64,000 nt of DNA, taken from NCBI GenBank assembly GCA_024695235.1, contig JAILIP010000002.1:7093-71092 (forward strand), given 5' to 3'. The DNA comes from Bacilli bacterium (GTDB taxonomy: Bacteria > Bacillota_I > Bacilli_A > RFN20 > CAG-826). The number at the start of each line of letters is the position of its first letter. Positions within the stretch are counted from its first letter, which is position 1. Below the pieces are notes generated by a model. That model was not told the DNA's origin. It made no database searches and saw only the letters and a program-made list of their open reading frames with translations. Made by a program: the position numbers and the translations under genes. Below are positions 1 through 8,806 of the stretch, in pieces.

Positions 1-456
1 TTCTTAGATGAAGAAAATATCTCTTATAGTCTTCAATCTAATTACTGCAGTTCTGAAACAAGAATCATTGCAAAGAACTACAATATGCCACTAAAAGAAG
101 ACATCAACACTCTTCTAGACAAATGTATTCTTTTAAATACATACCTATCACATTTCTTTGTAGATGGCGGATATATTGAAGCTTATGACATTAGATATCG
201 CGTTGATTACTATAAAGAAAAAACCGAGATGTATCTTCAAACACAGAAGATAGATTTAATGCAAGCCGATAGAGTTCCGTATTGGTATGGATATACAACA
301 AGTGGCTATCAAAACTCTTTATTAATAAATAATTTAGTTGTTGTTAACACTGATGCATCTGATAATGTCGAAGAGTCAAATAATGGTGACTGGGTTGTTT
401 ATAATTACATTTATACCAAACTTGCTGAAGATTTAAAAAAGGAGGTAAGCAGATAG
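1..456 (+). CDS. hypothetical protein, 5'-truncated by window edge
   Basis: Frame 1 is open from base 1 into the 85..456 ORF; no recognisable motif. Confidence 0.45.
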   Translation, partial: FLDEENISYSLQSNYCSSETRIIAKNYNMPLKEDINTLLDKCILLNTYLSHFFVDGGYIEAYDIRYRVDYYKEKTEMYLQTQKIDLMQADRVPYWYGYTTSGYQNSLLINNLVVVNTDASDNVEESNNGDWVVYNYIYTKLAEDLKKEVSR

Positions 457-610
457 ATCTAATTGTTTAAACCTCCGACACATGGATGAGTGAAGGACGA
501 CATTCACTCTACTCATATTGTTTCCATAGTTCCTTCTGTTTATCGAATGAATAATTAATCCAGGATATCCTCAATCTCATCGTTATAATCCTCACTCGTT
601 ATTCTCCTGA

Positions 611-757
611 CACCAGGGTGAGATTCATCACGGAGAAGAAGCCGAACGTATGATTTCGGGACTTTATGATGAAAGAAAAGAAGCCCTTGAGAAGAAAAAT
701 ATTAAGTTGAATGGTGGATTAAAACAGCTTTTGAATAATTACGGAATAAAAGAATAA
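611..757 (+). pseudogene. possible C-terminal gene remnant (open frame without credible start; internal ATG at 650 gives a 35-aa coiled-coil-like peptide)
   Basis: Frame open from the stop at 608-610 to TAA at 755-757 with no RBS; terminator-like hairpin follows at 810-832. Confidence 0.15.
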
Positions 758-809
758 TCGAAACTAAGAACAACACAAAAACAATTAAACAATAAAGATA
801 TATTGATTT

Positions 810-832
810 CACCCGTTGGGTGTTTTCTTTTT
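810..832 (+). terminator. weak rho-independent terminator (caccc-gtt-gggtg + T-run)
   Basis: 5-bp GC stem followed by ttttcttttt. Confidence 0.35.
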
Positions 833-968
833 ATGCTTATATACAAAAGTGTTACACTCTTAAAAGCATCAAACAAACAAAACAAATAAAAACACAAAAA
901 CAATTTACAAACAACATGAGGAGCAATACAATAAAAGTGTCAAAATATTAGACCAGGAGGTAATTATT

Positions 969-1367
969 ATGCTTTGGGAAACTGTAAAAATTAAAAACGA
1001 AAGAAAAGGAAGAACTATGCCTTACGCGAGCGTTGGCTTTGGTAGATTATCTTTAAGTTGCGCTGCATGCGATTTAATTGATGATTTTGACACTTACGCT
1101 TATGTTGAATTACTTAAGGCCGTCGTTAATAATGAAACACTTATTGGTGTTAGATTCCTTAAAGAAGATGCTAAAACGACTAACTCTCTCCCTATTAAGA
1201 GAAGAAAATTGAAAGATGGCAGTGTTGTTGGTGGCATCGATATCTCGAACAAAGGAACAATGGCTGAACTTTTTGGTTTAGCTGGTACACAAAATAAAGC
1301 CACTCGTTATGGAGTTAAGAGAGATCCAGACGAAGAGAACGTTTTAATTATATTTGGAGAAAAATAA
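969..1367 (+). CDS. hypothetical protein (132 aa)
   Basis: Strong RBS ccAGGAGGtaattattATG; no recognisable domain; first gene of the co-directional block preceding AbiH. Confidence 0.5.
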   Translation: MLWETVKIKNERKGRTMPYASVGFGRLSLSCAACDLIDDFDTYAYVELLKAVVNNETLIGVRFLKEDAKTTNSLPIKRRKLKDGSVVGGIDISNKGTMAELFGLAGTQNKATRYGVKRDPDEENVLIIFGEK

Positions 1368-1422
1368 TCTTTGTTAAAGCACAGACATTTAATATAGTTA
1401 TCACCAGTGATTAACTAATGAA

Positions 1423-2526
1423 TTGAGGATTATGGAAAAACTTGTAATTTTAGGGAATGGATTTGATTTAGCATGTGGAATGAAAACATCGTTCTATGAT
1501 TTTTATAAAAATGTTAAAGCAAAAATTGAAATGCCGAACGGATATTTACCTAACTGCAATTTTATACTTTTCCTAATTTATGAAACATTCTTTGCCAACC
1601 AAGACACAACAAAAGCATTTCAAAAAGCATTGGCTATTGATTGTTATGACAATTGGATGGATATCGAGCTGTTATTAAATCATTTTGTTTTGGGTGAAAC
1701 TTTCAAAATAGCTGAGGGGGAATACAATCCAACTTTGCAAAATCGAAATGATTCCTTTATTGCACTACAATTCAGAAAATATTTTCAAAAAAGGAAAAGT
1801 GACATAAGCAATTTTGAACTCTTTGTTCATTCAGAGTTGTATGAATTTGAATTAATGCTGAGAAACTATATAGCTGCTGAAGCATCAAGTGATTTGATTT
1901 ATATGCAGTTTAAAGATGGATTGCTAGAAAAAATTGTTGGTGATCCAAAAACTTGCAAAATAATGACTTTTAATTACACAATACCAACCACGCTGGTCGA
2001 TTATAAAAATGTTAATTATGTGCATGGTTCACTTAGGGGAGAAATAATAGTTGGCATCGATGTTCTAGATTTGCAAAAAGGTGATGGCTACAAGAGAATC
2101 AATGGTGTGGTTAGTGATAAAACCATGTTCACAAAAACAAGAAAAAAACTATCTCATACAGCTATTGACGAAGCAAGCAACAGCGTTTTCGACAAAGATG
2201 TAAAAAAGATATATTTTTATGGTCATTCATTAAGCGAACAAGATTATTCCTATTTCCAAAGTTTGTTTGATTATTATGATATTTATTCGAGCGATATTTC
2301 ATTAGAATTTTGTTATAGCGAATATGATCCGAAAAACCCGGCAGTTGAAGTAGATCGTTTAACAACTCGTGTCTTTAATCTTCTCAATAAGTATGGAGAA
2401 ACATTCGACAACAAGAATCATGGCAATAATCTTTTGCACAAAATGCTCCTTGAAAATCGATTGTCTTTCAGAAAAATAGATTACAAATGTGGAAACAATT
2501 ATCTAAAATTCTTTTGCCAGTATTAG
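1423..2526 (+). CDS. AbiH-family abortive-infection protein
   Basis: N-terminal LVILGNGFDLACGMKTSFYDFY and C-terminal IYFYGHSLSEQDYSYF match the IIGNGFDL...TSY and GHSL..D..YF signatures I recall for AbiH (PF14253). Confidence 0.7.
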   Translation: MRIMEKLVILGNGFDLACGMKTSFYDFYKNVKAKIEMPNGYLPNCNFILFLIYETFFANQDTTKAFQKALAIDCYDNWMDIELLLNHFVLGETFKIAEGEYNPTLQNRNDSFIALQFRKYFQKRKSDISNFELFVHSELYEFELMLRNYIAAEASSDLIYMQFKDGLLEKIVGDPKTCKIMTFNYTIPTTLVDYKNVNYVHGSLRGEIIVGIDVLDLQKGDGYKRINGVVSDKTMFTKTRKKLSHTAIDEASNSVFDKDVKKIYFYGHSLSEQDYSYFQSLFDYYDIYSSDISLEFCYSEYDPKNPAVEVDRLTTRVFNLLNKYGETFDNKNHGNNLLHKMLLENRLSFRKIDYKCGNNYLKFFCQY

Positions 2527-2903
2527 TATTACTTCTTTTATGCACCGGTATTTTTATTAAAATTATAGATTTTTCGCTTTGGCTATTTGCTTTGAAAAAT
2601 TCTAGCCCTGATATCTCTATGGCTGGTGCTATTACCGCTAGAGCATTAGCGTTTATTACATCTTATTCATTGGTTGGCATAATTTTTGATATCTTTGGTT
2701 TGTGGAATAAAAGACTAATGTCAATTGCCTATATTGTTTTTTCGACATTATTAGGATTTTTAGTGGCGTATTTAATTTGGGTTATTGAAACACACATTGT
2801 CGTTCTGATGATTATTATGGGTGTGGCAGTGGTTCTAGTGGTTATTTACTTCCTTGTTACTAAGCTCATCCAAAAGAAAAAACCGGAATCGACTAAGCAA
2901 TAG
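2487..2903 (+). CDS. small integral membrane protein (about 4 TM), start overlaps the AbiH stop
   Basis: Four hydrophobic helices and a K-rich tail; 40-nt overlap with the upstream gene suggests translational coupling. Confidence 0.5.
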   Translation: MWKQLSKILLPVLVLLLLCTGIFIKIIDFSLWLFALKNSSPDISMAGAITARALAFITSYSLVGIIFDIFGLWNKRLMSIAYIVFSTLLGFLVAYLIWVIETHIVVLMIIMGVAVVLVVIYFLVTKLIQKKKPESTKQ

Positions 2904-2948
2904 TAAATTATATTAATAATTCCCTAACTAAAAGTTATAATATTTCCA

Positions 2949-5012
2949 ATGATTACTAAAACAGTTATTAAAGACTATGTAGCGAAAAGATGTCCTTATC
3001 TTGCATCTTTAGAATTAGAAGATAAGTCTCTTGTTCAACTGCTTGAAAAGTCCATTGATAATCAAGAGAAATATCAAGAGCTTCTTTTAGATCAAATTGA
3101 AGATGGAGAAGAAGCTGATTCTTTAATTAATCTTGTGGATGTTTTTAAAGACTATCCTCATTTAAAAAAACAATTAATTAAATATGCGAGCAATAAACCA
3201 AAAAATAAAGCAGAACAATTAGTGGAAAAATATAATGATGACCAAATTGTTTCTAAGCTATCTAGAAGATACTTTGAACTTATATATGGAAAAGATAAAT
3301 GTTTTAGATGTGATGTAAATCTTGATGGAGAAGAAATATTAAATCAGGGACTACTAAGTAAGATTACTGAAGACGCGTTAAAGAACAAAGAAATCAAAGT
3401 TATATTTGAAGGACAAATTGAGTTTTTAGATTTCCGTGCAAGGTTTGATATCATGGTTCGTCAAGATGATGGATCCTTTAGACTTATTGAAGTTAAAGGT
3501 TCTAATTCGGTATTTAAATCTAAAGATGATATTGATAAAGGAATCAAAGATAAATATCTCTATGATATGCTTTTTCAATATTATGTTTATTCTCACGCTG
3601 GATATAACATATCTTCTTTAGCATATATGTATTCTAGTAAAGACTTCTCTTTAAAAATACATTCATATCCTTTAGATGATTCTGAATTTAATGATTTCTT
3701 TATTGTGAAAGACTTCATTGCTTTAAAAGAAGAGACAATGTCACTTAAAAAATACTTTGATGGAGAATACTACGTTCCTAAAAAAGTAGATGATCCAAGC
3801 GAATACACGATTGAAGGAATCATATATGCGATTAAAGATATCGCTAAGATGAAAGATGTTAAACCTGAGATGAGATATCTATGTGTAAAAGGACCAAGAT
3901 GTCCATTCACATCAATGTGCTTCCCAAGTAGTGATGATCCAGATTCATTATTTAAATTAACTAGATGGAATCTATATGGTGGAAACTTTAGAGTGAGTGA
4001 AAAATTGTTAAGCTCAGGAGTAACAAAGATATCTTCTATTCCAGATAACTTAAATACATATTCACCTTTTAAAAGCGATCAAAAAAGACGTAATAATGTT
4101 GTCACTCAAATTGAATATCAAAAAGGAAAGATAAATAAAAAATATGTAATTGATAAATCTTTAATAAAAGAGATTTTAGAAAAAGACTATTTAAATGATG
4201 ATATTGATTACTTACTTTTCTTTGATTTTGAGTCATTTCAATATCCAATTCCTTTAGTAGAACATGTATGTGGTTGGAAACAAGTTGTCTCTCAATACTC
4301 AATGCATGTTGTTAAAAAAGGATATGACTTATCTAAGCATGATTTTGATAAAGGCATTGGAGGAGAAGTTAGACACTTTGAATATATCGCTAATCCGGAT
4401 GTAAGTGGATATATGAATCCGAGCATCGAATTATATGAAACACTAAAAAAACAATTAGAAGAATGCGGCATTGATCCATATGCATCAAACTATAGAGTCG
4501 TTGTTTTCAATAGAAACTTTGAAAAGACAAGAATGAATGAATTTGTAAAAGAATATATTGGACTTGCTAAAAGTGAATTAATAGAGTTTGTGAAAAACTT
4601 TAACAATAATGTTGTGGATCTATTAGACTTTTTCACCTCTGGAGGAATGTATTCAAAAGACTTTAATGGAAGAGGTTCACTTAAAGTTGTTCAACCTACC
4701 TTAGCAAGTGATAAAGATGTAATTGAATATTATAAGAAGATACTACCTTTTGATTTAAGTTATTCTCTTGATTATCACAAGGGCGAAAAGTGTCTTGTAT
4801 ATAACGGAGCGATTTGTCTAGATTTATATAAGTCTTTACTTGTTCGTTCTCATCTTGGTGGTCAAAAAGAAGGTGAACCATCTACAAGTGAATTACTGGC
4901 TGAAGCATTAGCATATTGTAAGATTGACTCTTGGGGCACGGTTATTATTTATGATGTTATTAAAAACGTCTATTTAGGAAAATTAAAACTAGATGCCTTA
5001 TTTGTGCAATAA
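2949..5012 (+). CDS. Cas4/RecB-like PD-(D/E)xK nuclease with Fe-S cysteines fused to an RNase-H-like/DnaQ-like (DUF2779-type) C-terminal domain
   Basis: Cys15, then FDIMV...LIEVKGS...FQYYVY (D / EVK / QxxxY motifs), then CVKGPRCPFTSMC (3 Cys); C-terminal half has LLFFDFESFQ (DEDD-like D-x-E motif). Confidence 0.55.
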   Translation: MITKTVIKDYVAKRCPYLASLELEDKSLVQLLEKSIDNQEKYQELLLDQIEDGEEADSLINLVDVFKDYPHLKKQLIKYASNKPKNKAEQLVEKYNDDQIVSKLSRRYFELIYGKDKCFRCDVNLDGEEILNQGLLSKITEDALKNKEIKVIFEGQIEFLDFRARFDIMVRQDDGSFRLIEVKGSNSVFKSKDDIDKGIKDKYLYDMLFQYYVYSHAGYNISSLAYMYSSKDFSLKIHSYPLDDSEFNDFFIVKDFIALKEETMSLKKYFDGEYYVPKKVDDPSEYTIEGIIYAIKDIAKMKDVKPEMRYLCVKGPRCPFTSMCFPSSDDPDSLFKLTRWNLYGGNFRVSEKLLSSGVTKISSIPDNLNTYSPFKSDQKRRNNVVTQIEYQKGKINKKYVIDKSLIKEILEKDYLNDDIDYLLFFDFESFQYPIPLVEHVCGWKQVVSQYSMHVVKKGYDLSKHDFDKGIGGEVRHFEYIANPDVSGYMNPSIELYETLKKQLEECGIDPYASNYRVVVFNRNFEKTRMNEFVKEYIGLAKSELIEFVKNFNNNVVDLLDFFTSGGMYSKDFNGRGSLKVVQPTLASDKDVIEYYKKILPFDLSYSLDYHKGEKCLVYNGAICLDLYKSLLVRSHLGGQKEGEPSTSELLAEALAYCKIDSWGTVIIYDVIKNVYLGKLKLDALFVQ

Positions 5013-5025
5013 CATTTAAAAAATT

Positions 5026-5051
5026 ATGGAAGCAATGCTTCCATTTTTTTG
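5026..5051 (+). terminator. rho-independent terminator
   Basis: atggaagc-aa-tgcttccat hairpin followed by TTTTTTT. Confidence 0.75.
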
Positions 5052-5105
5052 ACGAATGACACACTTTGGAATTTTTTGACTAGATAAAGGGTAGGAGGAT
5101 ATTTT
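5052..5105 (+). promoter_or_regulatory. promoter/RBS module, copy A (ATGACAcac...TAGATAaagGGTAGGAGG)
   Basis: Near-identical to the sequences at 7321-7371 and 8621-8673. Confidence 0.5.
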
Positions 5106-5870
5106 ATGAACGAATTCCAAATTGTTAAATATGAAGATAACGTCGTTGAATTAGATGTTAATTTTTCAACGGAAGATAATACTGTTTGGTTAACACTAAG
5201 CGAGATGTGCAAATTGTACAAGAAGGACAAGTCTGTTATATGGAGACAAATCAATAATATTTATGTTGAAAACAATGCCTTAAAAGGGGCAACTTATGCA
5301 AAATTTGCAACAGTTCAAACTGAAGGAAATAGAGTGATTAATAGGCTTGTTGATCATTATAAATTAGATATCGTTTTTGAGGTTGGTAAACGAATTAAAT
5401 CTAAGATAGCATCAGCCTTCTATAATTGGTGTCAAAATATACTAAATGAGTTAAAAAACGAACATAAAAGTAACTTTGTTACTTTCCACTCAAATGGACT
5501 AGTACTTGATGCATGTGTTTCTCCTGAAGAAAACACAGTCTACCTAACACAAAATGCAATGGCGGACTTATTTGAAACAAATCAACCAAATATTTCATAT
5601 CATATCAAGAGCATTATTGAAGAAGGAGAACTTAAAAATGAGGCAACTCATAAAAAATTTTTATTAGTTCAAATTGAGGGTGATAGGGAAGTAAAACGAG
5701 AGATGAGTTTTTATAATCTGGATATGATTCTTTCTGTTGGATATCGCGTGAAATCTAAGAACGCAATCCTTTTTAGAAGATGGGCAAGTGATGTTTTAAA
5801 AAGATATTTAGTCAAAGGGTACGCAATTGATGAAAAAAGAACACTTGTCGCACATTACATGAAAGAATAA
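5106..5870 (+). CDS. RhuM-family protein (two tandem RhuM N-domains, no C-terminal region)
   Basis: NTVYLTQNAMADLF...ISYHIKSIIEEGEL...YNLDMILSVGYRVKSKNAILFRRWASDVLKRYLVKGYAIDEKR matches the Virulence_RhuM family signature; the first half is a degenerate repeat of the same domain. Confidence 0.8.
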   Translation: MNEFQIVKYEDNVVELDVNFSTEDNTVWLTLSEMCKLYKKDKSVIWRQINNIYVENNALKGATYAKFATVQTEGNRVINRLVDHYKLDIVFEVGKRIKSKIASAFYNWCQNILNELKNEHKSNFVTFHSNGLVLDACVSPEENTVYLTQNAMADLFETNQPNISYHIKSIIEEGELKNEATHKKFLLVQIEGDREVKREMSFYNLDMILSVGYRVKSKNAILFRRWASDVLKRYLVKGYAIDEKRTLVAHYMKE

Positions 5871-5914
5871 AAAATTATCTTCCTTAATATCAATTAACAA
5901 AAGATAATATTACT

Positions 5915-6598
5915 ATGAAAAATTATCTCGTTACTTTCCTAAAGGGTATATTAGCAGGACTCGCTATTGGACTAGGTGGATTCTTATATATCCTTATGAC
6001 TTTTCTTTTTAGTGGTGATAACGCTGAACTAGGAAAGATATTTGGATCCATATTATTTTCAGTAGGTCTATTCCTTGTATGTACATTTTCTCTATCCTTA
6101 TATACCGGAAAGATAGGTCTAGTGTACGAAGAAAAACAAAGTAAAGAATTTTATATATCCTTACCTATCATGCTTATCGGTAATGCGATAGGAGCATTTG
6201 CGTTTGGATATATATGCTTTTTCATCTTTAGAAGTAGCGATGTATATTTCTCAGCATTAGCCACTGCAAATGCCAGATTACAGTTTAATGATGTATTGGA
6301 TTATCTTACTACTGCTATTAAAGCATTCTTATGTGGACTATGTGTCTATCTTGCAGTTAAATCATTTTCACTCAATAGACTTAAACCATTAGGTATTACC
6401 TTACTAGTATTCTTTGTATTCGTATTTGTCTATTGTGGTTTCCAACACTGTATCGCTAATATGTTCTATTTTGGAATGGCAAATACAATGAGTTGGTATA
6501 CACTCATAAATCTACTAATTGTTATCTTATTTAACTCCTTGGGACCTATTGTTGGAGTGAAACTAGTAAAACTAATTCAAAGTAATTATAGTAAGTAG
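5915..6598 (+). CDS. formate/nitrite transporter (FNT) family channel
   Basis: GILAGLAIGLGG, LYTGK (LFTGN-like) and HCIANMFY (HSIANMF signature); 6 TM. Confidence 0.6.
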   Translation: MKNYLVTFLKGILAGLAIGLGGFLYILMTFLFSGDNAELGKIFGSILFSVGLFLVCTFSLSLYTGKIGLVYEEKQSKEFYISLPIMLIGNAIGAFAFGYICFFIFRSSDVYFSALATANARLQFNDVLDYLTTAIKAFLCGLCVYLAVKSFSLNRLKPLGITLLVFFVFVFVYCGFQHCIANMFYFGMANTMSWYTLINLLIVILFNSLGPIVGVKLVKLIQSNYSK

Positions 6599-7267
6599 CA
6601 TTCCTATAACTATTAAAGCCTGAGCGATTAGATATGTTGACATAACTAAGACCTCGGCTTTTTTAATTGGCTTATAGAATTTGTTGTATACAAGGATAGA
6701 ATCAGATATCACGAACATAAATCCACCGATGGCTGTGATAAATAAATATAGTGGTATTGCCGTGGTTGATAAAATCATCACTAAGAAGTTAAAAAATAGG
6801 ATTGAGAAATACCCCATCATTGTGTATTGTTCAAACTTATTTTGAGTGAGTCTTTTGGCAATTAAATTTGTGGATGCTAAATAGAATAAAACTGCCACAA
6901 CAAAAGCGATGAGATATATCCACCATTGAAGGTGATTTCCGACGATGAGTATCAAAGATACTAAATATAAGATATGACTTGCTGCAAAAGAGAATGATCC
7001 AATATAAAATGGCATCTTCTTTTTAGACACCAAAAGTAAGTCTCCGAGCATTGAGAAGAACACTGCAATGTAAAGGATTGGCTTTGTCGGAATAGTGACT
7101 ATTACAAACACCATCAAAAAGAGAAGACAGAAAGTCTTTTCTTTACGACGAAGTTCATCTTTGTCTAAAGCCGCTAATGCAACTTGGATAATCGAAGCAA
7201 CTAAGAATAATCCGAAAAAGACATAACCTACGATAGGAATGTTTTTAAGAACATCAACAAAGTTCAT
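6572..7267 (-). CDS. YhhN-family (lysoplasmalogenase-like) membrane protein
   Basis: Polytopic membrane protein with a GDLLL motif; overlaps the FNT gene 3' end convergently. Confidence 0.4.
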   Translation of the reverse strand: MNFVDVLKNIPIVGYVFFGLFLVASIIQVALAALDKDELRRKEKTFCLLFLMVFVIVTIPTKPILYIAVFFSMLGDLLLVSKKKMPFYIGSFSFAASHILYLVSLILIVGNHLQWWIYLIAFVVAVLFYLASTNLIAKRLTQNKFEQYTMMGYFSILFFNFLVMILSTTAIPLYLFITAIGGFMFVISDSILVYNKFYKPIKKAEVLVMSTYLIAQALIVIGMLLTIITLN

Positions 7268-7299
7268 AACTAAGTTAATTTTATCTCACTTTCTAAATT

Positions 7300-7371
7300 T
7301 AGTCTCAAATTTTAACGAATTTTGACACACTTTTGATATTTTGGACTAGATAAAGTGTAGGAGGATATTTT
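7300..7371 (+). promoter_or_regulatory. promoter/RBS module, copy B (TTGACAcac...TAGATAaagtGTAGGAGG), including the 33-bp direct repeat at 7300-7332
   Basis: 7300-7332 is identical to 8603-8635; the promoter part resembles copies A and C. Confidence 0.55.
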
Positions 7372-8601
7372 ATGAAATATTCAAAACTAATATCAAATTT
7401 AGAAAAAGTCATTTTCACTGATGGTGATTTTCAGATGGAAATCGATGTAGAAAAAGGGACAAACGAGCCATGGCTATCATTGAATGAGCTGGCTTATTTC
7501 TATTCTAAAGATAAGTCTGATATTACTAGGCATTTAAACCAACGTGGTACAAAAATGCACCTAGCAGTTGCAAAAAATGCACCACCTAGAAGTGATGGTA
7601 AAGTGTACAAAACTTCTTGTTATAATCTTGAAACAATTATCGAAATCGGCTATCGAGTTAATTCGAAAAGAGGACAAAAACTAAAGGCGTTTTTAGATAA
7701 TTGTTTTGATTCAAATCTTATCGAAATTTCTAATGAAATTATTATATATAATAACGGAGATGTATCAATTGATGTTAGAATCTCTCCGCAAGAAAACACT
7801 GTATGGGTATCTCAAGACAAGATTGCCAAGCTATATGATTCATCTAAACAAGTAGTTTCTTATCACATTAAAAATATTCTTGATGATGAGGAACTCGATC
7901 GTTCAGTAGTCAAAGAAATTTTGACAACTGGATTAGATGGAAAAACGTACTCGATTTCTTACTACAATTTGGACATGGTCATTTCTATTGGTTATCGCAT
8001 AAATTCAAAGAAGGGAATTGCTTTTAGAAAATGGGCTGCATCCACACTTAAAGAGTATTTGATGAAAGGATATTTGGTTAATAAAGAAAGAACTCTTATT
8101 ACAAGTGAGAACTATCTTAATCTCGTAAACAAAGTTGATTCTCTTGAAAACAGAATGGACATCATTGAAGAAAAACAAAACCATCTTTTCATAGAGGATA
8201 AAGTCATATATGAGGGAACAGTATTTGATGCAATAGTGTTAATTAACAAACTCATTGAGATATCACACAGTTCCATTGTGCTTATCGATCCGTATATAGA
8301 TGTAAGAACTCTTGATGCCTTTAAAAGCAAAGAAAGAAATATAATGCTTTTCATCATCACATCGAGCAACAACAGACTCAGTGAAAAAGAGAAGCAAGCC
8401 TTCATAAAGCAATATGGTAGACTAAATGTTTTCTTGGATGATAGATATCATGATAGGTACTTAATCTTAGACAAAACATACTTTTACCATCTTGGCACTT
8501 CTATTAACTACCTTGGCAAACATTTCTCTCAAATCACCTTAGTGGTAGACGAAGACATCAAAGATGTTTTGCACCAAAGAATTAGGAACTATTTCCCTTG
8601 A
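7372..8601 (+). CDS. RhuM-family protein (two N-domains plus the about 150-aa C-terminal region)
   Basis: NTVWVSQDKIAKLYDSSKQVVSYHIKNILDDEEL...YNLDMVISIGYRINSKKGIAFRKWAASTLKEYLMKGYLVNKER. Confidence 0.8.
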   Translation: MKYSKLISNLEKVIFTDGDFQMEIDVEKGTNEPWLSLNELAYFYSKDKSDITRHLNQRGTKMHLAVAKNAPPRSDGKVYKTSCYNLETIIEIGYRVNSKRGQKLKAFLDNCFDSNLIEISNEIIIYNNGDVSIDVRISPQENTVWVSQDKIAKLYDSSKQVVSYHIKNILDDEELDRSVVKEILTTGLDGKTYSISYYNLDMVISIGYRINSKKGIAFRKWAASTLKEYLMKGYLVNKERTLITSENYLNLVNKVDSLENRMDIIEEKQNHLFIEDKVIYEGTVFDAIVLINKLIEISHSSIVLIDPYIDVRTLDAFKSKERNIMLFIITSSNNRLSEKEKQAFIKQYGRLNVFLDDRYHDRYLILDKTYFYHLGTSINYLGKHFSQITLVVDEDIKDVLHQRIRNYFP

Positions 8602-8602
8602 T

Positions 8603-8673
8603 TAGTCTCAAATTTTAACGAATTTTGACACACTTATTTGTTTTTTGACTATATAAAAGGGTGAGTGACGATG
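8603..8673 (+). promoter_or_regulatory. promoter/RBS module, copy C, driving only a 12-codon remnant ORF (8671-8709)
   Basis: 33-bp repeat, TTGACA...TATATAAAAGGGTGAGTGACGATG, then a short ORF MYPIRSRINYLY*. Confidence 0.45.
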
Positions 8674-8700
8674 TATCCCATACGCTCGCGAATAAATTAC

Positions 8701-8806
8701 TTGTATTAGTAACTGCATCTAATATATAATTTCATACGCGATAGAAATATCGCTTACTCTCTGCCATTAGCAAATAATGGCCAGAAGACCAAAGGGAGGT
8801 GTCTAT
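8701..8806 (+). promoter_or_regulatory. rpsF promoter (TTGTAT-18-TATAAT) and structured 5' leader
   Basis: -10 TATAAT at 8725-8730; the leader holds two hairpins (gcgata-gaaa-tatcgc and gccatt-agcaaat-aatggc) ahead of the GGGAGG RBS; an S6:S18-binding rpsF leader is known in Firmicutes. Confidence 0.45.

Noticed and set aside
650-757. 35-aa ORF MISGLYDERKEALEKKNIKLNGGLKQLLNNYGIKE as a real small gene
   Set aside because: The frame is open upstream to 611 without a start or RBS. The coiled-coil-like sequence resembles the tail of a larger protein (HsdS-like), so it is more likely a gene remnant and is listed only as a low-confidence pseudogene.
1100-1303. Short antisense or alternate-frame ORFs nested inside longer genes (e.g. 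1100-1303-, 2162-2365-, 8112-8405-, 12073-13038-, 18041-18376-, 30756-31139-, 53929-54288-)
   Set aside because: All lie wholly within confidently assigned longer ORFs on the other strand or frame. They have no RBS and low-complexity or hydrophobic translations typical of spurious reverse frames in AT-rich DNA.
8777-8806. Longer N-terminal extensions given by the ORF track for rpsF (8777), clpB (30328), ugd (23142), pip (56169), pdxK (36725) and the 24527-25711 gene
   Set aside because: In each case the extension overlaps the gene's own RBS, -10 box or an upstream terminator hairpin. An internal ATG with a proper RBS or leaderless -10 context gives a product of canonical length.
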